A stretch of 64,000 bases of DNA. Origin: an uncultured Saprospiraceae bacterium (GTDB lineage: Bacteria; Bacteroidota; Bacteroidia; Chitinophagales; Saprospiraceae). The notes beneath the pieces were generated by a model, which worked only from the letters and a program-made list of their open reading frames with translations, made no database searches and was not told where the DNA came from. How positions within the stretch are numbered: the stretch's first letter is position 1; every line of letters starts with the position of its first letter. The translations under genes and the position numbers were made by a program. The DNA is taken from positions 1,018-65,017 of the forward strand of contig CALHAM010000024.1 in NCBI GenBank assembly GCA_937934275.1, in the 5' to 3' direction. Below are positions 36,705 through 47,600 of the stretch, piece by piece.

Positions 36705-38711
36705 ATGAGAAATACTTCCATCGGTTTACTCTCGCTGTTACTGCTCGGCAGCGGTTGGCAACTCACCCTTTACAACGGTGCCCAAATTTGCGCCCGCATA
36801 GCCGATGACGCCGGTCAACCGATAGCCAAGGCCTCGGTACGCCTTTGGCTGGATACGACTTGTGTAGCTACCCTGCAAACCGACAACGACGGTGCGTTTT
36901 GCGCCTCCGTAGAGCCGGGAGCATACACCTTGGAAGTTGACCACGAGGGCTTTGCCTCGCTCCGCATCGCGCAGGTGGTCGTTAGCCAAAACAAGAAGAC
37001 CAACTTGCGCACGGTAACGCTCGAAAGAGCCGTACCGGGTTTAAAGGAGACTGTTATCACTGTCTATCGACCCGCGCTGTTCGTCAACGACGACACGGCC
37101 TCCCCCTCGCACAGCCCTATCCTCCGACCTGCCCACGATGAACGAAGAGGAGCACCCAGAAAATCCCATTCTCGCGATTTACGCCCGCTCAGCAGAACAG
37201 CCCCATCTGAGCGGTCGCTGACAAAAACCCCTTCGTTAGGTGTTCCCGACGAGGCCACCGAAGGAGAAACGCCAGCAGATTTGGCGCTACCCGTAGAGGT
37301 CTCTCCAGTGGCCGTCTCTGCTTCGTCGGAAAGCCCAAAACGCGCGCGGCGCCCGATGCCAGGCTCTGATCGCGCCGGCCAATTGACCGCCGGGGAGTGG
37401 AACGACCTGCACAACTGGAACGCTCACTGGACCGACCTGCTGCGCGACGGCGACATTGACCAACATCAGAAGACCTACCAGTTCTTCCCCAAACGGCGTT
37501 ATTCGGTCATCCTCCAGAACAAAAGCGGCATGCCGCTGAGCGACATACCAGTGCAGCTGCTCGACCGCCATGGCGCCATCCTTTGGGAAGCCCGCACGGC
37601 CAACACTGGACAAGCTGAACTGTGGGAAGGCCTCTTCGACGACAAGCCCGCTGATGGCCCGCTTAAAATTGTAGCCGACGTCGAAGGCAAAACGGTCTCC
37701 TTGGGCACGCCCAAACCCTTTGAAGAGGGTGTGAACCTACACCAAATCCCACGAGAATGTCGCTACGCGCGCACGGTAGATATTGTCTGGACCATCGACG
37801 CTACCGGGAGCATGGGCGATGAAATTGATTACCTTAAAACCGAACTGCTCGATGTCATCGGCCGTGTACAAGAGCGCTTCCCCGATCTCGACCTGCGCAT
37901 GGGCAGCGTCTTCTACCGCGACGAAGGCGACGAATACTTGGTTAAGAGCAGCGCCTTAAACCGCGACATCTCTAAAACGGTAGACTACATCCGACGCCAA
38001 CACGCCGACGGCGGCGGTGACTACCCCGAAGCCGTGCACACTGCTTTAGAGGAAACCCTGCGCCAGCCCTGGAGCCGCGAAGCGGTAGCCCGCATTTGCT
38101 TCCTCGTGCTCGACGCTAGCCCTCACCAACGCCCAGACGTCGTCAAAAGCCTCCAGCGCAGCATCCGCGAAGCCGCCCGCCGGGGCATCCGCATCGTGCC
38201 CATCGCCTGCAGCGGCATCCAAAAAGACACGGAATTCCTTCTAAAATTCTTCGGACTTGCCACCAACGGCTCTTATCTGTTCCTAACCGACCATTCGGGC
38301 ATCGGCGGAAAACACCTGGCCCCCACTGCCGATGTCTATAAGGTGGAGTTGCTCAACGACCTGCTCGTGCGCATTATCGGCGAGTACGTCAGCACGCCCG
38401 ATTGCAACAACGGCAAAACGCCCGTCGCCTTCCAAACGCGTAGCGACCCGCAAAGCCCAACAGCAACCACTCCACCCGCGCTGTACTACCCCAACCCCGT
38501 TGCAGAGCGACTCACGCTGGAGCTGCCTTTCGACGCCACAAAAGTAACCCTCTACAACGCCGAAGGGCAAGCCGCTCGCGACCTAGGCGCCCTGCCAGCA
38601 GGGGCACACACCATTCTCGTCAAAGATCTATCGCCCGGCACCTATACCCTGCGCATCTGGTGCCGCAGCGAGATACAAAGCGGCAAGGTACTCGTCTTGC
38701 GCCCGTCGTAG
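36705..38711 (+). CDS. T9SS-secreted protein: CarboxypepD_reg-like domain, low-complexity basic linker, vWA domain and Por_Secre_tail CTD
   Basis: ATG at 36705 (MRNTSIGLLSLLLLGSG). ARIADDAGQPIAKASVRL...GAYTLEV (Cna/CarboxypepD_reg-like). vWA-like VDIVWTIDATGSMGDEIDYLK...FLVLDASPH. C-terminal YYPNPVAERLTLELPF...GTYTLRIW...GKVLVLR. Confidence 0.75.
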   Translation: MRNTSIGLLSLLLLGSGWQLTLYNGAQICARIADDAGQPIAKASVRLWLDTTCVATLQTDNDGAFCASVEPGAYTLEVDHEGFASLRIAQVVVSQNKKTNLRTVTLERAVPGLKETVITVYRPALFVNDDTASPSHSPILRPAHDERRGAPRKSHSRDLRPLSRTAPSERSLTKTPSLGVPDEATEGETPADLALPVEVSPVAVSASSESPKRARRPMPGSDRAGQLTAGEWNDLHNWNAHWTDLLRDGDIDQHQKTYQFFPKRRYSVILQNKSGMPLSDIPVQLLDRHGAILWEARTANTGQAELWEGLFDDKPADGPLKIVADVEGKTVSLGTPKPFEEGVNLHQIPRECRYARTVDIVWTIDATGSMGDEIDYLKTELLDVIGRVQERFPDLDLRMGSVFYRDEGDEYLVKSSALNRDISKTVDYIRRQHADGGGDYPEAVHTALEETLRQPWSREAVARICFLVLDASPHQRPDVVKSLQRSIREAARRGIRIVPIACSGIQKDTEFLLKFFGLATNGSYLFLTDHSGIGGKHLAPTADVYKVELLNDLLVRIIGEYVSTPDCNNGKTPVAFQTRSDPQSPTATTPPALYYPNPVAERLTLELPFDATKVTLYNAEGQAARDLGALPAGAHTILVKDLSPGTYTLRIWCRSEIQSGKVLVLRPS

Positions 38712-38849
38712 CCCACCGGCACAACGGCTCTTGTCTCTCAAGGCGGCCAAAAGCATCCGCAGTAAGCGTTATTGCCAAGCAACCTCGGAAGCAGTGTGCT
38801 GTCTTTTGGCTAGAGAGTTTTCCCTTACTTTAAAAAAACGAACTTTCCT

Positions 38850-40292
38850 ATGCAAATAAAGAGCATGCTGGTATGGGCCGTTTTTGGGCTGGCTACGTCT
38901 CTCTTAGCGCAGCAAGAGGCTACGCCCAAAAGCGGCGAAAAGGAAAAACAAATCATCATTACTAAGCGCACCATCGAGCCTGACGGCACGGAAACAATAG
39001 AGACCATCGTCAAAAAAGGCCCTGGAGCAGAAAAGTTCGACCCCGAAGCGTATCGCCGCGCCAAAGGCACCGATAGCGCACGCATAGAAGTGCGGGTCAT
39101 CGAGTCACCTCTGCCAGAGGTTCGAGAAAAACTCGAGGAGGCTTTCCAGCGCTTAGAGGAAGTAGACTGGAAAGCCCTTGAAGATCGAGTAGGTCACAGC
39201 ATAGAAAGCATTGGTCGGGAGTTGGAGCGCGTATTCGACCCTGAGACGGGTGAAATTAGCCGCATACTGCGCGAATGGGAGACTCCTCCTGGCCCACGCA
39301 CGCAAGGCTACTTGGGCGTTAGCCCACGCCCTGGTGACGACCCTAAGACGCAAGGCGTTGCCATTGACGTGCTGCCTGGCACGGCAGCTGAGCGCGCCGG
39401 CTTGCAAAACGGCGACATCTTATTAAGCATGGACGACAAGCCGCTGCACTCTTGGGAGGAACTCGAGCAACGGGTGAAGCAAACCCAACCCGGGCAAAAG
39501 ATTACCCTCCGCTACCAGCGAGACAAAAAGGAGTTTACCGTTGAAGTGCCTTTGGGCAGCAAGATTGTGGATAAGCCTACTCGACGCCGCACGCCAAGCA
39601 TACGTGTAGAAGTGTATCCCTTCCGCGAAAAAGAGGCATGCTTGGGGGTTTATACCTATCGCTATGAAGAAGTTGGTGCGCTCCAAACCGTGCGTGGGGC
39701 TAAAATCTCGTCTTTCACTCGACATTCAGCTGCGCGTGAGGCCGGCTTAAGAGAAGGCGACGTCATCACAGCCATCAACGCTCAAGAGATTAAGGACCCC
39801 GACCAGCTGTGGAACGCTATTGCTGGCTACCAGCCGAACGACCGCATCACGGTTCATTATTTGCGCAACGGCCAAGCGCAACAAGTGGAAGTGGCGCTTC
39901 GAGCCTGCCTCGACCGCTCTACTACGGTGTCCACCACATTCCCAGACAAAAAGCGCCCGCCCATCGCCCTGCGCAATCCTACTGAAGGTGACATCCCGCA
40001 AATCAGCCCGCTGCCCCAAGCCGTAGCCGACCACCTCCTCCCTTTAAAAGATTTCCGCGCTTACCCTAACCCAACTACCGGCCTCATCACCGTCGAGTTT
40101 CAAGCTGACCCTCAACCCACTACCGTGCTTCTGCTCGACCTTTCGGGCCGACAGCTCTTCCGCGAAGAGCTTAACGCTTTCAGCGGCCAATACGCTCAAC
40201 AGTTCGACTTGAGAGAATTTAGCAAAGGCACGCTCCTGCTCGTCGTACAACAAGGCGACCGACTCTTCACCGAACGCATCGTAATGCAATAA
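38850..40292 (+). CDS. T9SS-secreted protein with two PDZ domains
   Basis: 480 aa with a signal peptide. PDZ1 is YLGVSPRPGDDPKTQGVAIDVLPGTAAERAGLQNGDILLSMDDKPL. PDZ2 is GAKISSFTRHSAAREAGLREGDVITAINAQEI. CTD is FRAYPNPTTGLITVEF...LLDLSGRQLF. Confidence 0.75.
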   Translation: MQIKSMLVWAVFGLATSLLAQQEATPKSGEKEKQIIITKRTIEPDGTETIETIVKKGPGAEKFDPEAYRRAKGTDSARIEVRVIESPLPEVREKLEEAFQRLEEVDWKALEDRVGHSIESIGRELERVFDPETGEISRILREWETPPGPRTQGYLGVSPRPGDDPKTQGVAIDVLPGTAAERAGLQNGDILLSMDDKPLHSWEELEQRVKQTQPGQKITLRYQRDKKEFTVEVPLGSKIVDKPTRRRTPSIRVEVYPFREKEACLGVYTYRYEEVGALQTVRGAKISSFTRHSAAREAGLREGDVITAINAQEIKDPDQLWNAIAGYQPNDRITVHYLRNGQAQQVEVALRACLDRSTTVSTTFPDKKRPPIALRNPTEGDIPQISPLPQAVADHLLPLKDFRAYPNPTTGLITVEFQADPQPTTVLLLDLSGRQLFREELNAFSGQYAQQFDLREFSKGTLLLVVQQGDRLFTERIVMQ

Positions 40293-40313
40293 GACGCCCG
40301 CACGGGTTTGCCA

Positions 40314-40359
40314 AATGCCCTGCCTCCGCCCTCGACCCAAAGGCAGGGCATTCTTTTTA
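40314..40359 (+). terminator. Rho-independent terminator after the PDZ/T9SS gene
   Basis: Perfect 12-bp stem AATGCCCTGCCT (40314-40325) / AGGCAGGGCATT (40341-40352) with a 15-nt loop, followed by CTTTTTAA. It begins 22 nt after the stop codon. Confidence 0.7.
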
Positions 40360-40495
40360 ATCGCATTTAAAGTGTTGTTCACGGCGGGTATATGCATTTT
40401 TGTGTGCAAACTTCCCTGCGCGCTTTTGCGCGGCCTCCCTTCCTCAGCAAGGCCACAGCCCGAACTATACAACACAAAGTCAGCTTCTTTATCCC

Positions 40496-41143
40496 ATGCC
40501 GCCGTTTTTACTCTTATCCATCATCGCCACCTTCGCTGTTCCCGCCTTATCTCAGACCCTCGTCCCTGAAGGTATCAACGACACGTTCTACTTAGCCTGT
40601 TCAACATGTCGCCTGCGCGTCAGCGGAGTATCGCTTACCTATGGTCAACATGCTCTACCCATGAACACGAAGAAACCCGTCTCGGTCAACTTGCTGTGGT
40701 GGCGCTACTACGACAACATTTTGGGCAAACAAACCTACATGGCGGAAGAGCCGTTCTGGACCTCTGGTGTGCAATTGATCGATGAAATACCCGACGACGA
40801 ACCGCTGTCGCTGCATATCAATTTGGTGTGGACAGACTCCACAGGGCGCGACCACCGCATCTACTTGGTCATGGCTGGTCTTACCAAACGGCATCTGGAG
40901 ACGCCGCCAGTCATCACCGTTACCGATGAGACAGACACCTACGCGCCTTTGCGCCTGAGCGCCACCGCGCAGATCTTCCAAGGAGAAGACAAGTGGGAGA
41001 CCTTCGAGGCCTTCGACGGCGTCGCCACCCTCGAGAAGTTTGACGCCAAAACCGGTGCCGTTGTCGGCTTCTTCGAGTTCTTGGCCCAACGGGTGGGCAT
41101 GGAAAAGAAAGGGCTATTTATGGGAGGCGCCTTTCGCAAATGA
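40496..41143 (+). CDS. Hypothetical secreted protein
   Basis: About 215 aa from the ATG at 40496 (MPPFLLLSIIATFAVPALSQ signal peptide). No recognisable domain. Confidence 0.5.
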   Translation: MPPFLLLSIIATFAVPALSQTLVPEGINDTFYLACSTCRLRVSGVSLTYGQHALPMNTKKPVSVNLLWWRYYDNILGKQTYMAEEPFWTSGVQLIDEIPDDEPLSLHINLVWTDSTGRDHRIYLVMAGLTKRHLETPPVITVTDETDTYAPLRLSATAQIFQGEDKWETFEAFDGVATLEKFDAKTGAVVGFFEFLAQRVGMEKKGLFMGGAFRK

Positions 41144-41169
41144 CGCGTACTCCTGCAGCCACAGCAGCA

Positions 41170-42129
41170 TCAGAGCGCTATGGAGCGCCCATAGTGCTCT
41201 GCCAGATGCCGCAACATGTCACGCGTCATGGCGTCCAAGTCGTACGCCGGTTTCCAGCCCCAGTCGCGGCGAGCGCAAGAGTCATCGATGGAGGCTGGCC
41301 AGCTGTCGGCAATTTGCTGGCGAGCATCGGGTTGATAGTAAATTTGAAAATCTGGCAGGTATTTTTGAATGCTGGCGGCCACTTCGGCGGGTGTAAACGA
41401 CATGCCGGCTAAGTTGTAGCTGGTGCGCACAGAAAGGCGCTGGGCAGGTGCCTCCATGAGTTCGAGCGTAGCTCGAATGGCATCGGGCATGTAGAGCATG
41501 GGCAAGGCGGTGTGAGCACTCAGGAAGCACTCGTAAGGCTCACCCTTGACTGCATGGTGGTAAATATGCACGGCGTAGTCGGTAGTGCCGCCACCGGGTT
41601 CGCTCTGATAGCCGATGATGCCCGGGTAGCGCAGCGAGCGCACGTCTAAGCCGTACTTGTGGTAGTAGTAGTTGGCCCAGTTTTCACCGGCCACTTTGCT
41701 GATGCCGTAAACGGTGGTCGGGATGAGCACAGCATTTTGGGGAGTCTTTTCTTTGGCGGCATCTGGTCCGAAGACAGCAATGGAAGAGGGGTAATAAACT
41801 TTAGCGATGCCGTTTTCGCGGCTTATGTTGAGGACGTTGAGCCAGCTGGTCATGTTGAGGTTCCAGGCCCACAGGGGGTTTTCCTCTCCTCGAGCGCTGA
41901 GGATAGCAGCCAGATGGTAGATTTGAGTAATGCGCCAACGGCGGACGAGCGCTTCTAAAGCAGCGCCGTCGCAGGCGTCGAGGATGGCAAAAGGACCCGT
42001 GGGCGCTTGTGCCATTCGAATGTCCGTAGCCAAGACGCGGTCGGTTCCGTAAGCGGCGCGCAGGGCTTCGGTAAGCACGGTGCCAATTTGCCCATTGGCT
42101 CCGGTAACGAGGATGTTGTCTGGATTCAT
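41170..42129 (-). CDS. NAD-dependent epimerase/dehydratase-fold enzyme, L-threonine 3-dehydrogenase-like (extended SDR)
   Basis: About 319 aa from the ATG at 42129 (MNPDNILVTGANGQIGTVLTEAL...). YxxxK context YGISKVAGE. The C-terminal SIDDSCARRDWGWKPAYDLDAMTRDML is typical of SDR-type TDH. Confidence 0.65.
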   Translation of the reverse strand: MNPDNILVTGANGQIGTVLTEALRAAYGTDRVLATDIRMAQAPTGPFAILDACDGAALEALVRRWRITQIYHLAAILSARGEENPLWAWNLNMTSWLNVLNISRENGIAKVYYPSSIAVFGPDAAKEKTPQNAVLIPTTVYGISKVAGENWANYYYHKYGLDVRSLRYPGIIGYQSEPGGGTTDYAVHIYHHAVKGEPYECFLSAHTALPMLYMPDAIRATLELMEAPAQRLSVRTSYNLAGMSFTPAEVAASIQKYLPDFQIYYQPDARQQIADSWPASIDDSCARRDWGWKPAYDLDAMTRDMLRHLAEHYGRSIAL

Positions 42130-42293
42130 GTGTTTGCGGTCGGGCAGTTGTTTTATGGGCGAAAAGTAGAATGACCGCAGCGAAGCGGTGTAACATTGTC
42201 CGGCCAAAATGCCTGCCCGATGGGGTACTGCAGGTGCTCACAGGTGTTTTGGGCAGGTATTGCTGAGGGGAAAATGCCTATTTTCTATTTGTT

Positions 42294-43592
42294 ATGATGA
42301 GAACGCTGCTCTTTTTCACTGTAGCTTTTTTAGGGCCAAATGCCCTGGTAGCCCAGCCCTTACTAACACCGGAAGAGGCCGTGCATTTAGCCCTCAACCA
42401 AAACCTTTCAGTGCGCCTCACTCAAGCCGACGCCGCCATAGCGCACCGAAACAACACCGCTGCATATGCGGGCCTTTTACCGATAGTCAACTTAGCCGTC
42501 AACGAGACGTTTACGCTAAGCGCTTTTCAGCAACGCCTCATCAACGGCAACGAGTTCAACGCCTTAGGCGCTCCGTTCAACAACATCAACGGCGCCGTGC
42601 AAGCCAGTTGGGTGGTGTACGAAGGCGGTCGGGCGCGCTTCGCCAAAGAGCGTTTGCAAGCGTTAGACGAGCAGGCGCGCCTATCACTGCAAGCAGTTGT
42701 GCAGCAAACAACGGCTCAGGTACTTATGACTTATTACGAAGTAGTGCGCAACCGCCTGCAAGAGCGCGCTACGGAAGAACTCATTGCCCTCAACGAGGCG
42801 CGTTTGCGCATTGCCGAGGCGCGCGTTGCAGCAGGTGTGGCTGCCCAGCCCGATGTCTTGCAGGCGCGCTTAGACCTCAATCAACTGCGGGCCAATTTAT
42901 TGCAACAACAGGCGGCCACAGCAGCGTCGAAAGCAACGCTTAACCAACTGCTCGCCCGACCGCCGCAAACGCCCTTCGAGGTTGTACCTCAGATGGAGGT
43001 AGTCTATCTACCCGATCGCGAACGCTTGCGGGCCCGCGCCCAAGCAGAAAACCCGCTGATCTTAGCCCTGCAAAAAAGCGCCGAAGCCGCCGCTCGTGCT
43101 GTAGAAGAAGCCAATGCTCTGCGCGGCCCGCGCATTACGGCCAACGGCCAGTTCGTCGCTGTGCGCACTGATAACGGCGCCGGCTTCATCCGGAACAACA
43201 ACCAAGCGGGCTTTGCCATAGGTGCCTCCTTAGCCCTTCCGCTCTACAACGGCGGCAACCTCAAGCGACAAGCAGAGGTGGCCCGCATCTCTGCCGAACA
43301 AGCCGCCCTAAGCATCGAAAACCAGCGGTTAGCCCTGGAAGCGGCCATCGAAAACCAACTCGCCCTCTTCCGCGCCCAACAGCAGACACTGGCTTTGGAA
43401 GAGGAAAACCTCCTCCTCGCTCGCGAAAGCGTTCTCATCAGCACCGAGCGCTTTCGCCTGGGCCAAACCACTGCCCTCGAAGTACAAGCCGCCCAAGGAG
43501 CACTCGAACAAGCTCTCCTGAGGCAAAACCTCGCCCGCTTCAACCTCAAGATGAGTGAAGTACAACTGCGCTTCCTCGCCGCAGACTTCTAA
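42294..43592 (+). CDS. TolC-family outer-membrane efflux protein
   Basis: 432 aa with a signal peptide. Two repeats of the OEP-type coiled-coil pattern (LTPEEAVHLALNQNLSVR...; ...LALEEENLLLARESVLISTERFRLGQTTALEV). Confidence 0.85.
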   Translation: MMRTLLFFTVAFLGPNALVAQPLLTPEEAVHLALNQNLSVRLTQADAAIAHRNNTAAYAGLLPIVNLAVNETFTLSAFQQRLINGNEFNALGAPFNNINGAVQASWVVYEGGRARFAKERLQALDEQARLSLQAVVQQTTAQVLMTYYEVVRNRLQERATEELIALNEARLRIAEARVAAGVAAQPDVLQARLDLNQLRANLLQQQAATAASKATLNQLLARPPQTPFEVVPQMEVVYLPDRERLRARAQAENPLILALQKSAEAAARAVEEANALRGPRITANGQFVAVRTDNGAGFIRNNNQAGFAIGASLALPLYNGGNLKRQAEVARISAEQAALSIENQRLALEAAIENQLALFRAQQQTLALEEENLLLARESVLISTERFRLGQTTALEVQAAQGALEQALLRQNLARFNLKMSEVQLRFLAADF

Positions 43593-43639
43593 GCCCAACA
43601 ATGCCAAAGACCACTGCCCCCCGCTACACCCGCTCCACT

Positions 43640-44527
43640 TCAGCGAAAGCGCTCGGCCACCACCAACTCCTTGCTGCCGGAGGCGTAGGTGTAGAAGCCC
43701 TCTCCGCTCTTGACGCCGAGCTTGCCGGCCATCACCATATTGACCAACAAAGGACAAGGCGCGTATTTGGGCTGCCCAAAACCCTCGTGCAACACGCGCA
43801 AAATGGCCAAGCAAACGTCCAATCCAATGAAGTCTGCCAATTGCAGCGGCCCCATCGGATGGGCCATGCCCAACTTCATGACGGTGTCGATCTCCTCAAC
43901 CCCGCTGACGCCCTCGTACAGGGTATAGATGGCTTCGTTGATCATGGGCATCAAAATGCGGTTGGCCACAAAACCGGGATAGTCGTTGACCTCCACAGGC
44001 GTCTTGCCCAAGTTTCGTGAAAGTTCCATAATGGCTGCGCAAGTCGCATCTGAGGTGGCATAGCCGCGAATGACTTCGACGAGCTTCATGACCGGCACGG
44101 GGTTCATGAAATGCATGCCGATAACTTGCTCAGGGCGCTTGGTGGCAGCAGCTATTTTAGTGATGCTGATGCTGCTTGTATTCGTCGCCAAAATGGCTGC
44201 AGCAGGGGCCATCTGGTCGAGATCGGCAAAGATTTTCAACTTCAAATCGACATTTTCGGTGGCAGCCTCCACGACCAAATCAGCCCCAGCCGCGCCTTCG
44301 CGCAGGTCGGTCATAGGGTGAATACGCTGTAAAATAGCCGCCTTGTCGCCTTCAGCCAGTACGCCCTTGGCGATCTGGCGGTCTAAATTCTTGCTGATGG
44401 TGCTAAGAGCCTTGTCTAAGACCGCCGGCGAAATGTCTACCAAGCTGACTTCGTAGCCGTGCTGCGCAAATACGTGAGCAATACCGTTGCCCATCGTGCC
44501 GCCGCCAATCACTGTGATGTTCTTCAT
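43640..44527 (-). CDS. hbd: 3-hydroxybutyryl-CoA / 3-hydroxyacyl-CoA dehydrogenase
   Basis: About 295 aa from the ATG at 44527 (MKNITVIGGGTMGNGIAHV...). Motifs ATNTSSISIT, IGMHFMNPVP and PGFVANRIL. Confidence 0.9.
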   Translation of the reverse strand: MKNITVIGGGTMGNGIAHVFAQHGYEVSLVDISPAVLDKALSTISKNLDRQIAKGVLAEGDKAAILQRIHPMTDLREGAAGADLVVEAATENVDLKLKIFADLDQMAPAAAILATNTSSISITKIAAATKRPEQVIGMHFMNPVPVMKLVEVIRGYATSDATCAAIMELSRNLGKTPVEVNDYPGFVANRILMPMINEAIYTLYEGVSGVEEIDTVMKLGMAHPMGPLQLADFIGLDVCLAILRVLHEGFGQPKYAPCPLLVNMVMAGKLGVKSGEGFYTYASGSKELVVAERFR

Positions 44528-44656
44528 AAAAAATGGGATGCGTCTTGATGCGTGAACAGTGTGGGCAAAGTTCATGCTTTTGCCTGTTAGGCGGGTAGCC
44601 CTCGGGCAAAGGATATTGTGCTCCGACGTCGGCACCGACAACCCTCCCTTTCACAT

Positions 44657-47600
44657 CTAAAGGCGCACAAGCCGATGTACGGCGCGCCCGGTAGCAGTTT
44701 CTGCCGAGAAGTACAGTACGCCTCGCGCACCTCCCAAATCGTTGGCATCCAAGCGAATAGCCAAAAGGCCAGCCTCGAAATTGCCCGCTTTCTGCCATAA
44801 TAGGCGCCCAGCAGCATCGCGCACGCACAACACAGCGCAGCCCTCATGGGGCAGATGAACATACACCCAAGTCTCCTCGCCAAACGGATTGGGCTGGCTG
44901 CTTAGCGCCGGCACCGCCGCAGCCTCTGCCGGCAGTTGTGGCGAAAAGCGCAATTGCGGGCGCAGCAGGCGGTGCTCCTCCGGGCTGTAAGCTTCGGCAG
45001 AGGTAACGGCGTCCGACAACGTCAGGCATTGGCTCAGACGGCCAGAGCGCAAGGCCCGAGCGCGCAGACGCAACACCGGCACACCGCCGGCATCCCAGCT
45101 AAACGTTAGGCGCTGGCCGCTGTTGAGCACGGCGTAGTGTTCGGGCGTAAAACCTCTTGTAGGCAATACTTCCAACACTTCCAGCCCAGGGCACTCCAGC
45201 GTGCCCTGTAGGCCTGCTACCGCCCTTTCAGCGCGCAGGGTGAGGGTTACCTCCTCGCCCGCCTGGAGGCGGCAGTCCTCTACTTCCAAATACAGTGGCT
45301 GGCGCTCATGCAAAGCGTGGTCGTGGAGGTTGAACTTGACGCTGGCGTTGGCATCACCCACTTTTACAATAATAAAGCTCAGGGGGATGGAGTCGAGCGA
45401 GCTGATCTGCTCTGAAAACGGCGGGGTGAAGGGATTAAGCGGGTTCTGAAACGCATGGGCGGCGGGCACAAAGCGCCAAGAAGGCGAAGCCGGCAGTTCG
45501 GTATAGATGCCCAGAATGAGCTTGCGCAGTTCGACGATGTCGAAAGTAGTAACCGTGCGCGAGCCGTTGGCATCGGCCGCAATAATGCGATAAGGCGTAG
45601 GCAACAACTCCAGGCCTAAAATGTGCCGGTTGATAAGCAGCAAATCCAGCGTGGTAACACCTTTGGCGTGGTCTTCGTTGTAGAGGGGCTGCACCACAAA
45701 AGTGGAGGCAAAAGGTATGGTGAAAGAGAATTCGCCCTGAGGGTTAGTAACGTCGTAGGCGACGATGGGGCCTTGCAGCGGCGAGTTGCCCTGCAGTTCG
45801 ACGATGATGTTGGGTACTCCTTCGCCGTGTTCGGTGTGTATGTCGCCCGGGATGGTCGTTTCGAAGGGCGCACACAGGTATGGAGAAGCCCCCACTTGGA
45901 TGACCTGCTCGCAGGTGGCCCTATTGCCACACCTATCCTCCACCGTCCATTCGATGCGGTGAATACCGCGCGGCAATTTGGGCGCAACGAAGACGGAGTC
46001 ACTGCTCTGACGCCAAACCAGTTGCACTCGGAGTGTATCTCCAACGGCAAGGCGGTGCAGGTCAAAGGAGTACTTGCTCTGAGCCGGCACAGAGCGTCGG
46101 TCGAACTCTAGGAGCGTTCCGCCCGTATAGCCGGGGGTGTTGATGTTATTGTAATAGAGGGACCCAGGAGGCGGCTGCACTGCCGAAGGAAACACGGACT
46201 CTACCTGTTGGTCACCGTCTAAGTCCAAAAACAGCCGATAACTGACTACGACGTCGGAGCGCTCACAACCATCTGTGGCCGCAATGGAAACGACAGCATC
46301 TGCCTCGCACAGGTCCAAGTTCTGGAACACCCAAAAGTCCTTGTCGTCTGTGGTTACGCTCGCAAACTTCGCGGTGTCGGAAGGGCAGTCGATGAGGGGG
46401 TCATCGGTATCTTGCACCCAGATGCGCTGCTCGTACGTGTAGCCATTGCCAGAGGGGTTCCAGAAAATACTGTAATCTGTTGGGAAATCTCCGGGGTTTA
46501 TCGCCACAAAAGTAGCAGCAGAGTCCGGCGAGGCATTAGGCGACGATACGAAAGGTCCCGGCAGATTATCTGGGTGTAGAGCAATAGAATTGGGTTGCGG
46601 GTTGGGCACTTCCAGTAGCGGCTGGTCGGGGTTGTGTTGGCAGCGGTTGTAAACCTTCCATTTGCGCAAGATGAGGTAGCACGCCTCGGAGACAGATTCT
46701 ATCCTTTCGTCCGCAAGCTCAACTACCACGTCCTCGCAGCCCGAGCTTAAGATTTCGGGTGCATCGCTCGGGTTAGCACTGCAGTCGGAGATAATGTGGT
46801 CGTCTGGGAATCGAATATAGTAACCAAAATCAGCCGTACTGGTGATTCGCTGAGTGCAGTGGGCACTATTTCCTTGCCTATCCCAAACCTGAAACATGCG
46901 CAAGAGCACGCCGCTGTTACATGCCCAGCGGAAGTCGGTAGTGTCCAGCGCGGTGGCAACGGAGTCTACACCGCAAGAGAGCGTTACTTCCCCATAATCC
47001 TCCAACGTCGGATCGAAAGTGGCGCACTCGGTCGTTACGTCAGCGGGTGCTTGGCAGCGAGGCGGGTTGTTGTTCACCACCTGAACGCGCGTTTGACATT
47101 CCGAATAGTTTCCACCTCCAACGCTGTCGGGCACAGGCCCAGCGGGGATGGCCGCGTCGTAGACCCTCAAGACAGCCGTGATATCGGCTTCAAGGTCGGC
47201 GCAGCAGACTTGTATGAAGTCGCTCCACATAGAGGTCGTATCGCATTCAGACGGCACAGCGCGCCGCACTTTTAGGCGCACGGGGCGACAGTCATCGGTA
47301 GAGCCGTTGTTGAACAAGTCAGCAGGTGCAGCCCCTCTGCCTTGATCGTCCAAGAAGACGGTGATCAACGAGTCGCACAGGGCGGTAGGCAGCTGTTGGT
47401 CGCGCACATCGAGGCCGAATTCGCACTCGGCGGCGTTGTCGCATTCGTCGTAGACCTTCAAAGTCATGGGCAGTATGCCGCTGTTTAGGCCCGACAGTTC
47501 GCCAAAGACAGCCAGCGTATCGAAACGCAGGGTATCGTTGCCGGCAAAGTCCGTTAGTTCGGCTTCCAGCGAGTCGGCTATGCCCCAGTGCAAGACCGCG

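Noticed and set aside
42209-42943. 244-aa plus-strand ORF overlapping the TolC gene in another frame
   Set aside because: The translation is Arg/Ser/Ala/Gln-rich low complexity, while the TolC frame shows clear OEP repeats and a signal peptide. It is an out-of-frame artefact.
44618-44635. Perfect 10-bp palindrome CCGACGTCGG just downstream of the giant adhesin gene
   Set aside because: It could form a short hairpin, but no U-tract follows on the relevant (minus) strand. A 10-bp GC-rich palindrome is not compelling on its own.
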